DNA of 64,000 bases from contig UQWZ01000006.1 in NCBI GenBank assembly GCA_900544895.1, positions 41,613-105,612 on the forward strand, read 5' to 3'. The position numbers and the translations under genes were made by a program. This stretch comes from an uncultured Collinsella sp. Lineage in GTDB: Bacteria > Actinomycetota > Coriobacteriia > Coriobacteriales > Coriobacteriaceae. Under the pieces are notes generated by a model. It had not been told where the DNA came from, did not search any database, and saw only the letters and a list, made by a program, of their open reading frames with translations. How positions within the stretch are numbered: position 1 is the stretch's first letter; each line of letters starts with the position of its first letter. Below are positions 1 to 9,624 of the stretch, piece after piece.

Positions 1-88
1 TGGCCGTACCATCAAGGCCATTCGCGCGCTCGCCCGTGCACTGGCCGCTCGCCTCGACACTGCTGTCGAGGTAGAGGTTCTGGGCTAG
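1..88 (+). CDS. KH-domain RNA-binding protein (UPF0109/YlqC-like), C-terminal fragment cut by window edge
   Basis: Frame 2 reads GRTIKAIRALARALAARLDTAVEVEVLG then TAG at 86-88. This resembles the small KH protein that commonly precedes rimM-trmD. It is absent from the ORF track because it has no start in the window. Confidence 0.5.
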   Translation, partial: GRTIKAIRALARALAARLDTAVEVEVLG

Positions 89-92
89 GACC

Positions 93-614
93 TTGAGGTC
101 CCAGTACAAAAACATCGCCCGTGTGGTCAAGCCGCACGGAAGGAAGGGGGAGGTCCTCGCGCAGCCGCTGCGGGGGCTTCCTTCTGTATTAGAGCCGGGT
201 ATGCGCGTCGCCCTGACGCCGCCGGCGCTCAAGCGCGACCGCTTTTGCACGGTCGTGTCCGTCACCGATACGGGCGATGGCGATCTGGTCTCGTTTGAGG
301 GCATTGACGACTTGACGGCCGCCGAGGGCATCACGGGATGCTATGTGTTGGCAAATCGTGACGATTTTGAGCTCGATTCACTCGACGCCGCCTATTCCGA
401 CCTTATGGGTCGCGAGGTGGTCGATGAGCGCTTTGGCTCGCTCGGTACGATTGTCGAGATCATGTCGACGCCCGCCAACGATGTTTGGGTTGTCGAGGGC
501 GATCGGTACGGCGAGGTGCTGATTCCCGTGATCGAGCAGGTTGTGCTCGATCTTCCCGACACTGGAACAATTTCCGTCCACGTTATGGACGGCTTGATCG
601 ATATGGACAAGTAG
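93..614 (+). CDS. rimM: 16S rRNA processing protein RimM
   Basis: 173 aa with a RimM-like N-terminus (VVKPHGRKGEV) and a PRC-barrel-like C-terminus. TTG start. Lies directly upstream of trmD. Confidence 0.85.
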   Translation: MRSQYKNIARVVKPHGRKGEVLAQPLRGLPSVLEPGMRVALTPPALKRDRFCTVVSVTDTGDGDLVSFEGIDDLTAAEGITGCYVLANRDDFELDSLDAAYSDLMGREVVDERFGSLGTIVEIMSTPANDVWVVEGDRYGEVLIPVIEQVVLDLPDTGTISVHVMDGLIDMDK

Positions 615-624
615 GGAGGACAGC

Positions 625-1383
625 ATGCTGATTGAGACCCTTTCGGTCTTTCCCGAGATGTTTGAGCCCGTCATGTCCACGTCGATTTTGGGTCGCGCCC
701 GCAAGGCCGGCCTTTTTGATTTTAAGGCGTATAACCTGCGCGACTGGACGCACGACCGCCATCGCACCGTCGATGACGAGCCGTATGGCGGCGGGCAGGG
801 CATGCTCATGAAGGTCGAGCCCATTGCCGAGGCAATCGAGGCTATCAGCTCCGAGGGTACCAAGCCCACCGTGGTGTTCTTCACCCCCTGCGGCGAGCCC
901 TTTACGCAGCATGTTGCTGAGCGCCTGCTCAAAAGCGAGCGCCTGCTGTTTGTGTGCAGCCGTTACGAGGGCGTCGACGAGCGCGCATATGCGTATGCCG
1001 ATGAGCGTCTGTCGATCGGCGACTATGTGCTTACGGGCGGCGAGCTTCCCGCCATGGTCGTGGCCGATGCCGTCGTACGCCTGATTCCCGGCGCCCTTGG
1101 TGACGAGATGAGTAACGTCGATGAGTCGTTCTCGACCGCCGAGGACGGTGGCCTGCTCGAGTACGCGCAGTACACCCGTCCCGCTGAGTTCAATGGCGAG
1201 GGCGTGCCTCCAGTGCTCGTAAGCGGCGACCATGCCAAGGTCGATGCCTGGCGTCGCAAAAACGCCATCGAGCGTACCTGTCGTTGGCGTCCCGATCTTA
1301 TCGAGACGGCACGCCTTACGGTAGAGGAGCGCGCGTACGCGCAGGAGATCCTGGACGCTTCGTATTCACAGAGCGAGGAGTGA
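625..1383 (+). CDS. trmD: tRNA (guanine37-N1)-methyltransferase TrmD
   Basis: 252 aa with TrmD signatures DDEPYGGGQGM, SRYEGVDER and IGDYVLTGGELPAMV. Confidence 0.95.
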   Translation: MLIETLSVFPEMFEPVMSTSILGRARKAGLFDFKAYNLRDWTHDRHRTVDDEPYGGGQGMLMKVEPIAEAIEAISSEGTKPTVVFFTPCGEPFTQHVAERLLKSERLLFVCSRYEGVDERAYAYADERLSIGDYVLTGGELPAMVVADAVVRLIPGALGDEMSNVDESFSTAEDGGLLEYAQYTRPAEFNGEGVPPVLVSGDHAKVDAWRRKNAIERTCRWRPDLIETARLTVEERAYAQEILDASYSQSEE

Positions 1384-1385
1384 GA

Positions 1386-1949
1386 ATGGTTCCATCGCAG
1401 CATTCCGTGCTAAAGGGTGCGTTTGAGTGGATCGTGGTCGTCGCGATCGCACTGGTCGCCACCTTTTTGATTCGCTCGTTTGTGGTCGAACCCTTTGTGG
1501 TGCCTACCGGTTCCATGGAGTCCACGATCGAGATTGGCGACCAGATCCTGGCGCAAAAGGTCAGCCTCGAGCTTGGGCAGCCCGTCAAGCAAGGCGATAT
1601 CGTGGTGTTCCACAACCCCGATGCCACGTCCGAGCATGACGTGCTGGTAAAGCGCGTTATTGCCACGGCCGGTCAGACGGTCGACCTGCAGGACGGCAAG
1701 GTTGTCGTCGACGGCCAGGCGCTCGACGAAGACTATACAACCGGCATGAGCTGGCCGCTTTCGGCCCAAGCCCCCGGCGCTCAGGTGAGCTATCCCTACA
1801 CCGTCCCTGACGACTGTGTGTGGGTGATGGGCGACAACCGCGAGAACTCTGCCGACTCCCGCTACTTTGGCCCGGTCGACCGCTCCGACTTGATAGCCGT
1901 TGCACTTGTGCGCTACTGGCCGCTCAACCGTATCGGCGCTATCGACTAA
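1386..1949 (+). CDS. lepB: signal peptidase I
   Basis: N-terminal TM helix, Ser box PTGSMESTI, Lys box VKRVIATAGQ, and GDNRENSADSRYFG. I chose the ATG at 1386 (just after the trmD stop) over the ORF-track start at 1284. Confidence 0.9.
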   Translation: MVPSQHSVLKGAFEWIVVVAIALVATFLIRSFVVEPFVVPTGSMESTIEIGDQILAQKVSLELGQPVKQGDIVVFHNPDATSEHDVLVKRVIATAGQTVDLQDGKVVVDGQALDEDYTTGMSWPLSAQAPGAQVSYPYTVPDDCVWVMGDNRENSADSRYFGPVDRSDLIAVALVRYWPLNRIGAID

Positions 1950-2008
1950 AAACCGCTATAGTACAGTACCTAACCGTGTAATCGTTTCGACGAGGGGATA
2001 TTAGAGGC

Positions 2009-2920
2009 ATGAACGCTTCATCGCTTTCCTTCCAAGACATCATCCTGCGCCTCCAGCAGTACTGGGGCGAGCAGGGCTGCGTCATTATGCAGCCCTATGA
2101 CTCCGAGGTCGGTGCCGGTACCTTCCATACCGCGACCACGCTGCGCTCGCTTGGTCCCGCCGAGTGGCGCACCTGCTATGCGCAGCCCTGCCGCCGTCCC
2201 GCCGACGGCCGCTACGGCGAGAACCCCAACCGCATGCAGCACTACTATCAGTTCCAGGTGCTCATCAAGCCTTCGCCGGTCAACGCCCAGGAGCTCTACC
2301 TGGGTTCGCTGGCCGCCATTGGCCTGGACCCCAACGACCATGACGTCCGCTTTGTCGAGGACGACTGGGAGAGCCCGACCCTGGGCGCCTGGGGCCTTGG
2401 CTGGGAGGTCTGGCTCAACGGCATGGAGGTCACGCAGTTTACGTACTTCCAGCAGGTGGGCGGCATCGAGGTCGATCCCGTGCCCGTCGAGATCACCTAT
2501 GGCCTGGAGCGTATCGCCATGTACGCCCAGGGCGTCAACTCGGTCTACGACCTGGTGTGGAGCTACCTGCCCGACGGCACGCCCATGACCTACGGCGACG
2601 TGTTCCTGGAGAACGAGCGCGAGTTCAGCGCTTACAACTTTGAGGTCGCCAACGTCGAGATGATGCGTCAGAAGTTCGACGACTACGAGGCCGAGTGCCA
2701 CTCCTGCCTGGAGCGCAAGCTGCCGCTGCCGGCGTACGACTGCGTCATGAAGTGCAGTCATGCCTTCAACCTGCTCGATGCCCGCGGTGCGCTGTCCGCA
2801 GTCGAGCGCGCCAACTACATCCTGCGCGTCCGCGCCGTCGCCAAGGCGTGCTGCGAGGCCTATATGGCCGAGGTCGCCGGAATCAACGAGAATGCCGACC
2901 AGGAAGGCGAGGTGGCGTAA
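2009..2920 (+). CDS. glyQ: glycine--tRNA ligase alpha subunit
   Basis: 303 aa, typical GlyQ ([30 protein letters not shown]). Confidence 0.95.
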   Translation: MNASSLSFQDIILRLQQYWGEQGCVIMQPYDSEVGAGTFHTATTLRSLGPAEWRTCYAQPCRRPADGRYGENPNRMQHYYQFQVLIKPSPVNAQELYLGSLAAIGLDPNDHDVRFVEDDWESPTLGAWGLGWEVWLNGMEVTQFTYFQQVGGIEVDPVPVEITYGLERIAMYAQGVNSVYDLVWSYLPDGTPMTYGDVFLENEREFSAYNFEVANVEMMRQKFDDYEAECHSCLERKLPLPAYDCVMKCSHAFNLLDARGALSAVERANYILRVRAVAKACCEAYMAEVAGINENADQEGEVA

Positions 2921-2923
2921 GCC

Positions 2924-5020
2924 ATGGCAGACGCTAAGGATTTCCTGTTTGAGATCGGTACGGAGGAAATGCCCTCTGCACCGCTGAACAATGCCGTCAA
3001 GCAGCTTGGCACCATTATCGCCAAGGGTCTCGACGAGGCCGGTCTGGCCCACGGCGAGGTCCGCGTGATCTCGAGCCCGCGTCGCCTGGCTGCGCTCGTT
3101 GCCGACGTCGCCACCGCGACCGATGAGGTTCACGAGGTCAAGCGTGGCCCCGCGGCCAACATCGCCTTCGACGCTGACGGTAACGCCACCAAGGCCGCCC
3201 AGGGCTTTGCCCGCAAGTGCGGTGTGGCTGCCGAGGACCTGGTCCGTCGCGAGGACACCGACGGACGCGAGTACGTCTTTGCTGAGAAGAACATTCCTTC
3301 CGCCCCGGCCACCCCGATTCTGACGGCCCTGTGCGAGAAGACCATCGCCGGCCTGCAGTGGCCCAACTACCGCAGCCAGCGCTGGGGCCACGAGCACGCC
3401 ACGTTCGTGCGTCCGGTCCGCTGGATCTGCTGCCTTTTGGGCGAGGACGTCGTGCCCGTGTCGTTTGCCGACGTGACGAGTGGCAACACCACGCGCGGCC
3501 ATCGCGTCCTGGGCCCCGGTGACCATGTGGTCGCCAGCCCCGCTGTTTACGAGCAGGTGCTCGAGGACGCCGGCGTGCTTTCTGCCGAGCGCCGTCGTGA
3601 GGCCATCCTTGCCGGTATCGCCGATGTCGAGGCCGCTCGCCCCGGCTGCCACGTCGATACGCCCAAGAAGGTCTTCGAGGAGGTCATCAACCTCTGCGAG
3701 TGGCCGACGGTGCTCGTCGGTACCTTCGATGAGGAGTTCCTCAAGGTCCCGCACGAGATCATCTGCGAGTCTATGCTCACCAACCAGCGCTACTTCCCGA
3801 TTTATGACGGTGAGGGTAAGCTGACGCGTGAGTTCGTGGTCGTCTCCAACAGCAAGCCCGAGAATGCCGAGCGCGTGATTGACGGCAACGAGCGTGTCGT
3901 GCGCGCCCGCCTGGACGACGCCAAGTTCTTCTACGAGGAGGATCTGAAGATCTCCCTCGACGAGTTCCGCGAGCGTCTGGCCAAGGTTGCCTTCCAGGAG
4001 AAGCTTGGCAGCGTGCTCGCCAAGTCCGAGCGTATTGAGCAGCTCGCGCTCGCTATTGCCCGCGAGGCTCACCTGGGTGCCCATCTGGCCGCTGATGCCG
4101 GCCGCGCCGCACATCTGTGCAAGGCCGACCTGGTGTCCAACGCCGTCGTCGAGTTCACGAGCCAGCAGGGCGTGATGGGCGGTTATTATGCCTCCGCGAT
4201 GGGGGAGAACGACGAGGTCGCCCACGCCATTCGCGATCACTATCGTCCCCGCTTTGCCGGCGACGAGCTACCCGAGGGCACCGCTGGCTGCATCGTGGCT
4301 TGTGCCGACAAGCTCGATACCATTGCCGGTATTTTTTCCATCGGCGAGCCCCCGACCGGCTCTTCCGACCCGTACGCGCTGCGTCGCGCCGCCATCGGCA
4401 TCATCAACATCCTGCGCGATCGTCTGCCGATTGACCCGACGTCGCTCATCGACTTTGCGCTCGAGCTTTATAGCGAGCAGGGCATTGAGTTTGACGCCGC
4501 CGAGGTTGCCCAGCAGGTCCGCGACTTCTTCCACGGTCGTCTGGTGAGCATGGCCCGTGACGAGAAGATCCCGGCCGATACCGTCGCCGCCGTATCTGCG
4601 GTGCACATCATTGCCCCGTCGGTCTTCTTCGCCCGCTGCGCCGCCCTCGACGAGGCCCGCAAGAACGACGCCGAGACCTTCGACAACCTGGCGACTGCCT
4701 ATGCCCGCGCCGCGCATATCTCCAAGCCCGAGCTGGGTGCGGAGTACGACCGCAGCCTGATGGGTGAGGTCGAGCTTGCGCTTGCCGACGCCTCCGAGGC
4801 CGCTCAGACCGCCGTCGATGCCGCCCTTGCTGCCGAGGATTACCCTGCCGCATTTGCCGCTCTGGCCGCCCTACGTGCCCCCATCGACCGCTTCTTTGAC
4901 GAGGTTATGGTCATGGACAAGGACGAGCAGCTTCGCGATAATCGCCTTAAGCTGCTCAACCGCTTTGAGGCCGTATTCTCCGGCATTGCCAACATTGGTG
5001 AGCTTGCCCGCAAAAAGTAA
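2924..5020 (+). CDS. glyS: glycine--tRNA ligase beta subunit
   Basis: 698 aa, starts 3 nt after glyQ. GlyS-like throughout (FEIGTEEMP N-terminus, anticodon-binding C-terminus). Confidence 0.95.
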   Translation: MADAKDFLFEIGTEEMPSAPLNNAVKQLGTIIAKGLDEAGLAHGEVRVISSPRRLAALVADVATATDEVHEVKRGPAANIAFDADGNATKAAQGFARKCGVAAEDLVRREDTDGREYVFAEKNIPSAPATPILTALCEKTIAGLQWPNYRSQRWGHEHATFVRPVRWICCLLGEDVVPVSFADVTSGNTTRGHRVLGPGDHVVASPAVYEQVLEDAGVLSAERRREAILAGIADVEAARPGCHVDTPKKVFEEVINLCEWPTVLVGTFDEEFLKVPHEIICESMLTNQRYFPIYDGEGKLTREFVVVSNSKPENAERVIDGNERVVRARLDDAKFFYEEDLKISLDEFRERLAKVAFQEKLGSVLAKSERIEQLALAIAREAHLGAHLAADAGRAAHLCKADLVSNAVVEFTSQQGVMGGYYASAMGENDEVAHAIRDHYRPRFAGDELPEGTAGCIVACADKLDTIAGIFSIGEPPTGSSDPYALRRAAIGIINILRDRLPIDPTSLIDFALELYSEQGIEFDAAEVAQQVRDFFHGRLVSMARDEKIPADTVAAVSAVHIIAPSVFFARCAALDEARKNDAETFDNLATAYARAAHISKPELGAEYDRSLMGEVELALADASEAAQTAVDAALAAEDYPAAFAALAALRAPIDRFFDEVMVMDKDEQLRDNRLKLLNRFEAVFSGIANIGELARKK

Positions 5021-5054
5021 GCTAGCCTGCGCATAAGCGCAAAAGGAGCCCCGC

Positions 5055-5930
5055 ATGGATTGCCCGGTCACCGCTCGTCCCACCGTTATCGTTATCTCCG
5101 ACTCGCTCGGTGATACCGCTTGTGAGGTGGTGCTTGCGGCGTCCGGGCAATTTGATGAAGGGGCTTTTCGTGTTTTACGTCTGCCTAAGGTGACCTCGGT
5201 GGAGCAGGTCAAGTCGTTTGTGGGCCCGCGAGTCGATGCCGACCATCGCGATATCGCCGTGTTCCATACCATCGTCGACCCGGCGCTTCGTGCTCGCGTA
5301 CTCGACTACTTGGGCATGCTGCACATTCGCTCGGTCGACCTGATCGGCCCGTCGCTCGCGGTGCTGTCGTCCCTTATCGGTACGCCGCCCAAGGGCGTTG
5401 CGGGCGTGATTCACAAGACCGACGATCGCTATTTCCACCGCATTGAGGCCATGGAGTACTTTGTCGAGCACGATGACGGACGTGGATGTGACGATCTGTC
5501 GGGTGCCGATATCGTGCTGCTGGGTGTATCGCGCACATCCAAGACGCCGCTGTCGATGTATTTGGCCTATCAGGGCTACAGGGTCGCCAACGTTCCGTTG
5601 GCGCACGGCATGGAGCCGCCCAAGTCGATTTACGAGGTCGACCCGATGCGTCTTTTCGGTCTGATTTCGACTGTCGATGTCATCTCCGAGATTCGCGATA
5701 GCCGCCTTGGCGATGATTACGCCCGCGCCGTCGCTGGCTCCTATGCCGAGCCCGAGAGTGTACGCAGTGAGCTCGAGGAGGCTCGTGCCCTCATGAAACG
5801 TCTGGGTTGCTTTGTGGTGCGCACCGACGGCAAGGCGATCGAGGAGAGTGCCTCCGAGATCATCGCTCATCTCGAAGAGATTCAAGAGGCAAGAGCCCGC
5901 CGTGCCGCCCGCCGCGCTCAACAGCAGTAG
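5055..5930 (+). CDS. pyruvate,phosphate dikinase / PEP synthase regulatory protein (DUF299 kinase-pyrophosphorylase)
   Basis: 291 aa with the P-loop-like GVSRTSKTPLSMYLA typical of the PDRP/PpsR family. Located upstream of ppdK. Confidence 0.85.
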   Translation: MDCPVTARPTVIVISDSLGDTACEVVLAASGQFDEGAFRVLRLPKVTSVEQVKSFVGPRVDADHRDIAVFHTIVDPALRARVLDYLGMLHIRSVDLIGPSLAVLSSLIGTPPKGVAGVIHKTDDRYFHRIEAMEYFVEHDDGRGCDDLSGADIVLLGVSRTSKTPLSMYLAYQGYRVANVPLAHGMEPPKSIYEVDPMRLFGLISTVDVISEIRDSRLGDDYARAVAGSYAEPESVRSELEEARALMKRLGCFVVRTDGKAIEESASEIIAHLEEIQEARARRAARRAQQQ

Positions 5931-6229
5931 TTCTTTCTGGGATGATTTTTCTGGGATGGTGATTAAAATGCCCCGTCTCAAATTGACTGGTATTGGTAAA
6001 GCGATTTAGCAATAAACCTACATTTGACCTGCTAATTTATTGTAGTGGTATCTTCATAAGGCAACCACCTTTACCTACCGTTTACCGCAGGTTTTAGCAC
6101 GTTTACCAAACCGCGCATCCTCTGCTCAAGCCCGTTCAAATCCCGCCGTATAGTTCCCTCACGGCCCGCATCCGGCGGGTCGATTCGTTACCACGGTCGT
6201 GCGCGAGAGCGCATGGAAGGGGAAGTATC

Positions 6230-8980
6230 GTGAGCGATTGCAAGAGGGTTTACCGTTTTGGAACCGATGCCCAGGGCACTTGTGTCACCGAGGGCGACAA
6301 GTCCATGAACTTCGTGCTTGGCGGCAAAGGCGCGAACCTTGCCGAGATGAGCCGTATCGGCCTGCCGGTTCCCGGTGGCTTTACCATTACCTGCCAGACC
6401 TGCGTTGAGTACTCTGGTGCCGGCAACGTGTGGCCGGAGGGCGCGCTCGATGAGATCGTTGCCGCCGAGGTCGACCTTGAGGCCCGCTTCGGCAAGAAGC
6501 TTGGCGACGCCCGTGACCCACTGCTCGTCTCGGTACGCTCGGGTGCTCCGTTCTCCATGCCCGGTATGATGGACACGGTTCTCAATCTGGGCCTCAACGA
6601 CGACTCCGTCCAGGGCCTTATCGCCCAGACGCAAAACCCGCGTTTTGCCTGGGATAGCTACCGCCGCTTTATCCAGATGTTCTCCAACGTCGTCGTGGGT
6701 GTCGATGCCGACCTGTTCGAGAATGCCCTGACCCAGGCCCGCCTGGTTGCCGGTGTTCGTGTCGATTCCGAGCTTTCGGCTGAGGACCTGCAGGAGCTCG
6801 TCGAGACCTTCAAGGGCATCTTCTCCGATAACGTCGATGCTGCCCTGTATCCCGAGCTCGAGGTCGCCGACGGCAAGCCCGTTTTCCCACACGATCCGGA
6901 GCTCCAGCTGCGCCTTGCCATCCAGGCCGTCTTTGGCAGCTGGATGAACGAGCGCGCCTGTATCTACCGCAAACAGCATGGCATTTCTGATGAGCTCGGC
7001 ACCGCCGTCAACGTCCAAGCCATGGCCTTTGGCAATAAGGGCGAGACCTCGGCGACCGGCGTCGCCTTTACGCGCAACCCGGCCGATGGCACCAAGGAGT
7101 TCTACGGTGACTTTTTGGTTAACGCCCAGGGCGAGGACGTCGTTGCCGGCATCCGCAACACCGAGCCCATTGCCGACCTCAAGACCACCCCGGGCCTCGA
7201 GTCCGCAGGTGAGGAGCTTGAGCGTGTCTTCCTGACGCTTGAGGATCACTACCGCGACATGTGCGATATCGAGTTCACCATCGAGCAGGGCAAGCTCTGG
7301 ATGCTCCAGACCCGCGTGGGAAAGCGTACCGCCACCGCCGCTCTTCGCATCGCTATCGAGATGGTCGAGGAAGGTCTCATCACCCGTGAGGAGGCCGTGA
7401 GCCGCATCGACCCCGCACAGCTCGACCAGCTCCTGCACCCGCAGTTCGACTCCTCCAAGAAGTACGAGGCGCTCGCATGCGGCCTTAACGCCAGTCCCGG
7501 CGCCGCCGTGGGCGAGGTTGTGTTCTCGAGCGATGACGCCGTCGCGCGTTCTGCCGAGGGCCATAAGGTCATTCTGGTCCGCTGGGAGACCAACCCCGAC
7601 GACCTGAAGGGTATGGTCGCCGCCGAAGGTATCCTTACCAGCCACGGTGGCAAGACGAGCCATGCCGCCGTTATCGCCCGCGGTATGGGCACGCCTTGCG
7701 TCTGCGGCGTCGAACGCTTCCACATCGACGCCGCCGAGAAGGTCGTGCGCATCGAGGGCAGCGACCGCGTGCTGCACGAAGGCGACGTTATCTCCATCGA
7801 CGGTACCCAGGGTATCGTCGTCGACGGTCCCGTCGACCTGGTCTCCGCCGAGCTCACCGGCGACCTGGACACCATCCTGTCCTGGGCCGACGAAATCCGT
7901 TTGGACGAGACCAGCGGCCATGCCAACCATGTGCGTGTCAACGCCGACAATCCCGAGGATGCCATGCTCGCCCTCGAGTTTGGCGCCGAGGCTATTGGCC
8001 TGTGCCGCACCGAGCACATGTTCCTGGGCGATCGCAAGAACATCATCCAGAGCTTTATCCTGTCTGACGATGAGGCCGTGAAGCAGCAGGCCCTGGCCGA
8101 CCTGCTCAAGGTTCAGACCGAGGACTTCCTGGCGATGTTCAAGACCATGTCCGGTCGCGATGTGGTCGTCCGCCTGCTCGATCCGCCGCTTCATGAGTTC
8201 CTGGATAATCCTCGCGAGCTCGAGGTCGCCATCACCAAGAAGGAAGCCGCTGGTGCCAGCGAGAAAGAGCTTGCCGTCCTGCGCGCCCGCTTGCGTCGTA
8301 TCGACGGCATGGTCGAGTCCAACCCGATGCTCGGCCTACGGGGCGTGCGCCTGTCCGTCGTCTTTGGCGATCTGCCGCTCATGCAGGTTCGCGCCGTCGC
8401 CACGGCTGCTGCCCACCTTATCAAGGAGGGCGTCGACCCGCGCCCCGAGATCATGGTTCCGCTCGTTTCCATCACGGCCGAGCATGTCCAGACCCGCGAG
8501 GTTATCGAACGCGTGATCGCCGAGGTTTCTGACGAAGAGGGCGTCGAGCTCAATATTCCCGTGGGCACGATGCTCGAGCTGCCGCGCGCCTGCATGGTCG
8601 CTGACGAGATCGCCCATTACGCAGACTTCTTCTGTTTTGGCACCAACGACCTCACCCAGACGACCTTTGGCTTCTCGCGCGATGACGCCGAGGCCAAGTT
8701 CATCCCGCTGTACATGCATAAAAAGATCCTGAAAGACAACCCCTTCGAGACCATCGACGCGGCGGTGCTGGAGCTCGTGCGCTTGGCCGTCGAGAAGGGC
8801 CGCGCCACCAATCCCGACATGCACTTTGGCGTGTGCGGCGAGCACGGCGGCGACCCCAAGTCCATCAAGGGCCTGTTTAACGTGGCCGACGTGGACTACG
8901 TGTCCTGCTCGCCCTATCGCGTGCCCCTCGCGCGCCTGGCTGCCGCTCAGGCCAAGCTCGAGGCCAAGCGTTCCGCCTAA
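6230..8980 (+). CDS. ppdK: pyruvate, phosphate dikinase
   Basis: 916 aa. ATP-grasp N-terminus (GGKGANLAEM), phospho-His swivel motif GGKTSHAAVIARGMG, and PEP-utilizer C-terminus (FGTNDLTQ, CGEHGGDP). GTG start. Confidence 0.95.
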   Translation: MSDCKRVYRFGTDAQGTCVTEGDKSMNFVLGGKGANLAEMSRIGLPVPGGFTITCQTCVEYSGAGNVWPEGALDEIVAAEVDLEARFGKKLGDARDPLLVSVRSGAPFSMPGMMDTVLNLGLNDDSVQGLIAQTQNPRFAWDSYRRFIQMFSNVVVGVDADLFENALTQARLVAGVRVDSELSAEDLQELVETFKGIFSDNVDAALYPELEVADGKPVFPHDPELQLRLAIQAVFGSWMNERACIYRKQHGISDELGTAVNVQAMAFGNKGETSATGVAFTRNPADGTKEFYGDFLVNAQGEDVVAGIRNTEPIADLKTTPGLESAGEELERVFLTLEDHYRDMCDIEFTIEQGKLWMLQTRVGKRTATAALRIAIEMVEEGLITREEAVSRIDPAQLDQLLHPQFDSSKKYEALACGLNASPGAAVGEVVFSSDDAVARSAEGHKVILVRWETNPDDLKGMVAAEGILTSHGGKTSHAAVIARGMGTPCVCGVERFHIDAAEKVVRIEGSDRVLHEGDVISIDGTQGIVVDGPVDLVSAELTGDLDTILSWADEIRLDETSGHANHVRVNADNPEDAMLALEFGAEAIGLCRTEHMFLGDRKNIIQSFILSDDEAVKQQALADLLKVQTEDFLAMFKTMSGRDVVVRLLDPPLHEFLDNPRELEVAITKKEAAGASEKELAVLRARLRRIDGMVESNPMLGLRGVRLSVVFGDLPLMQVRAVATAAAHLIKEGVDPRPEIMVPLVSITAEHVQTREVIERVIAEVSDEEGVELNIPVGTMLELPRACMVADEIAHYADFFCFGTNDLTQTTFGFSRDDAEAKFIPLYMHKKILKDNPFETIDAAVLELVRLAVEKGRATNPDMHFGVCGEHGGDPKSIKGLFNVADVDYVSCSPYRVPLARLAAAQAKLEAKRSA

Positions 8981-9018
8981 CGTTTTGGGTTTAGACGCCT
9001 AGCGTAGCCCCCTTCATG

Positions 9019-9050
9019 CCGCCCGTCTCATTCGTGAGACGGGCGGTTAT
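9019..9050 (+). terminator. intrinsic terminator after ppdK
   Basis: 12-bp perfect stem CCGCCCGTCTCA / TGAGACGGGCGG with loop TTCG, followed by TTAT. Confidence 0.7.
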
Positions 9051-9092
9051 CATGTGCGGGTTTTGTCTTTTTGTCTGCGCAAAAAATTGTTC

Positions 9093-9120
9093 TTGCAGCA
9101 GAAACCCGCGCGTGTATACT
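9093..9120 (+). promoter_or_regulatory. candidate sigma-70-type promoter of rplS
   Basis: -35 TTGCAG (9093-9098), 16-nt spacer ending in TG, -10 TATACT (9115-9120), i.e. an extended -10. A 6-bp leader hairpin GTGCCG/CGGCAC lies at 9142-9165. Confidence 0.55.
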
Positions 9121-9189
9121 CGAATACGTTTGTTCAACTACGTGCCGGCCAAGGTGGTACGGCACCTCTAGAAGAGTAAGGAATTGCAC

Positions 9190-9531
9190 ATGGATTACAT
9201 CCGCGCAATCGAGCGTCAGCAGATCCGCGAGGACATTCCTCAGGTTCGCGTCGCCGACAACGTCAAGGTTCACTACCGCATTAAGGAAGGCGACCGCGAG
9301 CGCATTCAGGTCTTCCAGGGCGACGTCATCCGCATGGCCGGCGCCGGTGCCCGCGAGACCTTCACCGTCCGCAAGATGTCCTTCGGTGTCGGTGTTGAGC
9401 GTACCTTCCCGCTTCACAGCCCCAAGATCGCCAAGCTCGAGGTCGTTCGTCATGGTCGCGTCCGTCGCGCCAAGCTGTACTACCTCCGCGACAAGGTGGG
9501 CAAGGCTGCTCGCATCCCCGAGAAGCGCTAA
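9190..9531 (+). CDS. rplS: 50S ribosomal protein L19
   Basis: Typical L19 sequence ([24 protein letters not shown]). The ATG at 9190 has an AGGAA RBS 7 nt upstream; the ORF-track TTG at 9184 is less likely. Confidence 0.95.
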   Translation: MDYIRAIERQQIREDIPQVRVADNVKVHYRIKEGDRERIQVFQGDVIRMAGAGARETFTVRKMSFGVGVERTFPLHSPKIAKLEVVRHGRVRRAKLYYLRDKVGKAARIPEKR

Positions 9532-9565
9532 GAAGATCGCAGCGTCTGTCCACTCGTTTGGACAC

Positions 9566-9596
9566 AAGGGTCACCTTCGGGTGGCCCTTCTTTTTA
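9566..9596 (+). terminator. intrinsic terminator after rplS
   Basis: AAGGGTCACC-TTCG-GGTGGCCCTT (one G-U pair) followed by CTTTTT. Confidence 0.75.
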
Positions 9597-9624
9597 TCTG
9601 ATTTGCATGCAAGGAGGGCCTGGT

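Noticed and set aside
1950-2008. Possible T-box leader upstream of glyQS.
   Set aside because: The gap is only 59 nt, far too short for a T-box. No specifier or T-box sequence is visible.
2018-4240. 740-aa minus-strand ORF antisense to glyQ/glyS. Similar very long antisense ORFs lie at 6188-8194, 9991-11055, 15942-17444, 24106-25809, 27169-28155 and 28591-29814 (plus-strand shadows of adhE), 43729-45558, 49136-51490, 55733-58036, 58695-60551 and 61711-63138.
   Set aside because: All lie exactly opposite well-recognised genes. Their translations are low-complexity (Ala/Gly/Arg/Leu/Val-rich) with no recognisable motifs. Stop-free antisense frames are expected in GC-rich DNA with strong third-position GC bias.
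5934-5958. Direct repeat TTTCTGGGATG x2 (5934-5944 and 5948-5958) just after the PDRP stop.
   Set aside because: It is short, has only two copies and has no associated structure or gene. It is likely slippage or chance, so it is noted only.
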